Shown here piece after piece: positions 62,168 to 64,000 of a DNA stretch of 64,000 bases (the first letter of the stretch is position 1; every line of letters begins with the position of its first letter). Under the pieces are notes generated by a model, which saw only the letters and a program-made list of their open reading frames with translations, searched no databases and was not told the DNA's origin. The DNA is from Opitutia bacterium. Its GTDB lineage: Bacteria; Verrucomicrobiota; Verrucomicrobiia; Opitutales; T3Sed10-336. The stretch lies in contig JBJHCF010000008.1 in the NCBI GenBank assembly GCA_050506795.1, forward strand, positions 66,768 to 130,767, in the 5' to 3' direction. The position numbers were made by a program, and so were the translations under genes.

Positions 62168-63634
62168 TCAAGCCGATTCGGATTGGGAGGCGGTGAAGGC
62201 ATGGCCAAAATCGATTTCCTCCTGTAAAAGCCGCTCCACCACGTCAGCCGCCGAGTAGGAATCCTCTCCGGTTTTCAGGAAGCGACAGATTTCGGAAAGG
62301 TCGTCGCCGGCGGTAACCAGCGGCAGTTCCTCCCGCCCGTCCGCCTGCACCTGACCGAGACCGACGGTCGCCAGGAGCCCATTGCAAACGCACTTGCGAC
62401 CCACCGTTTCCACCGCTGACCCGCCCTTGCGCAGGTAGTCCTCGACCGGTTCGCCCGGACAGCGATAACCGACCTTGCCGTCCGCCATCCGGTAGGGGCG
62501 GCGCAGGTAACCCAGATCACAAATCCGGGTGCGCTCCCGGTAAACCGCGTCTTCGGATACCGTCCCCTCGATCCGGACCACCTTCAGGGGGAATCCGGTG
62601 GGCGACGCGAGCGGGTCGGTAAAAACGCTGACGGTTCCGGACCGGCTGCGATTGATCATTTCGTCTTTAATCTCAGGCCGGATCCCCGACTCCCGGCAAA
62701 ACGCGAACGCCGTTCCCACCTGGATTCCGGCGGCGCCTTTGGCGCGCGCCTCCGCCAACCGCCCCGGCCGACCGTAGGAGCCGGCCAGCCAGAAAGGCAG
62801 TCCGAGCGCCCTGATTTTTTCCAAGTCGGGCAGATCACGCTCCCCGTAAACCGGTTGTCCGTCGGCGGTGAGTTCGCCGCCCGTCCGGGGCGGCGCGTTG
62901 TGTCCGCCGGCGGTCGGTCCCTCCACCACAAAACCGTCGACCTGCCCATTCGACTTGCGGGCCAGGGTAATCGCCAGGGTGGTCGAACTAATAATCCCCA
63001 GAAATCGCGGCCGCGCCAACCGCGGCGCAGGCCGGCCGCAAAATTCGGACGGATCGAACGACGACACAAAGGTCTCACCCGGCAAGGCGCCCTGCACATC
63101 GACCTTCATTTCCACCGGCTCGCCCCGGGACAAGCCGTCGAGCACACCGGGAATGGAGCGGGGAATTCCCGCCCCCATCAAGACGTAGTCGACCCCGGCC
63201 AACATGGCGCCAAACAAAGTAGGCAGGGTGGGCATTTGGATTTTTTCCAGGAGATTGATCCCGACCACACCGCGGTGCCCCTCCTTGGCCAAAAACACCT
63301 CCACAAAAGTCGCCACCACCGTCAATTCGAGCAGACTCCGGGGCTGGCGAATTCCGGGCATTGAATGGAGATTGAAAGGTTCTTCCTCGCTCTTCCCCTC
63401 CCCTGCCTGGAAGCGACTCAGGACGCGTTTCACGACATCCGGAATCGGAAACGCCTCCAGCGCCCGTTTGAAGTTGTCATCCAACCCTTCGGATTGCAGG
63501 CGACGCGAGAATATCGTCGGCAACGCCGTTCCCGCCACCACACCCAACTGGCCCGCCAGGGAAACCGCCCGCGCCAAAGGCCACCCGGAAACTCCGGCAC
63601 CCATGCCGCCTTGTATGATCAATGGAAAACCCAT
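62168..63634 (-). CDS. Nitronate monooxygenase/FabK-fold FMN oxidoreductase
   Basis: IIQGGMG, MGAGIP, EGP.AGGH, GIQVGT.F, SPTG.P, CDLGYL, CVCNGL. Confidence 0.85.
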   Translation of the reverse strand: MGFPLIIQGGMGAGVSGWPLARAVSLAGQLGVVAGTALPTIFSRRLQSEGLDDNFKRALEAFPIPDVVKRVLSRFQAGEGKSEEEPFNLHSMPGIRQPRSLLELTVVATFVEVFLAKEGHRGVVGINLLEKIQMPTLPTLFGAMLAGVDYVLMGAGIPRSIPGVLDGLSRGEPVEMKVDVQGALPGETFVSSFDPSEFCGRPAPRLARPRFLGIISSTTLAITLARKSNGQVDGFVVEGPTAGGHNAPPRTGGELTADGQPVYGERDLPDLEKIRALGLPFWLAGSYGRPGRLAEARAKGAAGIQVGTAFAFCRESGIRPEIKDEMINRSRSGTVSVFTDPLASPTGFPLKVVRIEGTVSEDAVYRERTRICDLGYLRRPYRMADGKVGYRCPGEPVEDYLRKGGSAVETVGRKCVCNGLLATVGLGQVQADGREELPLVTAGDDLSEICRFLKTGEDSYSAADVVERLLQEEIDFGHAFTASQSESA

Positions 63635-63876
63635 AGCTCATGATGTCCAATCATCCGGAATAAAACAAAGCGCAATCGCCTCCGCCTTTTGACCTGGATC
63701 AAGTATGCCTTCATCTAATGAACATTATCATTTCGACTCACTCCAGATTTAGAATTGAAAGAAGATGACGCGCGAAAAGACGCGCAGGCGCAGAGGGAAA
63801 TACCGATTCAGTGTAAATGGCGCGGTTTAGGCGGTGGATCGAAGCAGCTTTGCCGAATCGCATCGGCTCTTCCCTG

Positions 63877-64000
63877 ATCGGATGGGGCTGCGGGGATTGC
63901 GCCCCGCAGCCCTTCCACACCACCGGACATGCGGTTTTCCGCATCCGGCGGTTGAACCCGGCGGAGGTCATGGGTGTGCCTCCGCGATAGTCCACGGCAG
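63877..64000 (-). mobile_element. Group II intron, class C: 3' end (domains V and VI), truncated by the window
   Basis: Minus strand CAACCGCCGGATGCGGAAAACCGCATGTCCGGTGGTG (DV, CGC triad), then GGAAGGGCTGCGGGG-CGCAAT-CCCCGCAGCCCC-A-TCCGAT (DVI, bulged A 7 nt from an AT end). Confidence 0.9.

Noticed and set aside
63738..63995. 85-aa ORF on the minus strand
   Set aside because: Runs through group II intron domains V/VI; no protein motif

Overview
GC-rich bacterial chromosomal segment. Several motifs (SHD1 domain, Cys-less FmdB-like protein, C-terminal 'DPDGDG..NL.EY' surface motif) suggest Verrucomicrobiota, possibly Opitutae; this is an inference. From left to right: an arsenic-resistance operon (arsR-arsC-arsD-arsA-FmdB-like-acr3-USP); an unusual 983-aa fusion of a protein-glutaminase-like domain to a rearranged M20 amidohydrolase; a TIGR04282-type transferase facing an MTAP-family phosphorylase; a secreted SHD1/transglutaminase-like protein; a dimeric dUTPase; a stand-alone disordered protein resembling the RNase E scaffold, upstream of murA-ruvB; housekeeping genes (sucAB-lpdA, an ABC transporter, fabG-acpP-fabF, sufT, pyk, pgsA-pgpA, coaD-panE); oleC and oleD separated by a GH92 gene; a 3058-aa CotH/LamG-like/PATR surface protein with nested domains and a 717-nt internal duplication; fabZ-fabI; two toxin-antitoxin pairs (vapBC, and yafQ with a 1-nt frameshift); two AT-rich orphan ORFs; fabV with an NMO/FabK-fold flavoprotein; and the 3' end (domains V-VI) of a class C group II intron at the right edge. 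GTAG-type REP-like hairpin dyads occur at three loci. No rRNA, tRNA or CRISPR array was seen. All family calls come from reading motifs by eye; no database search was run.
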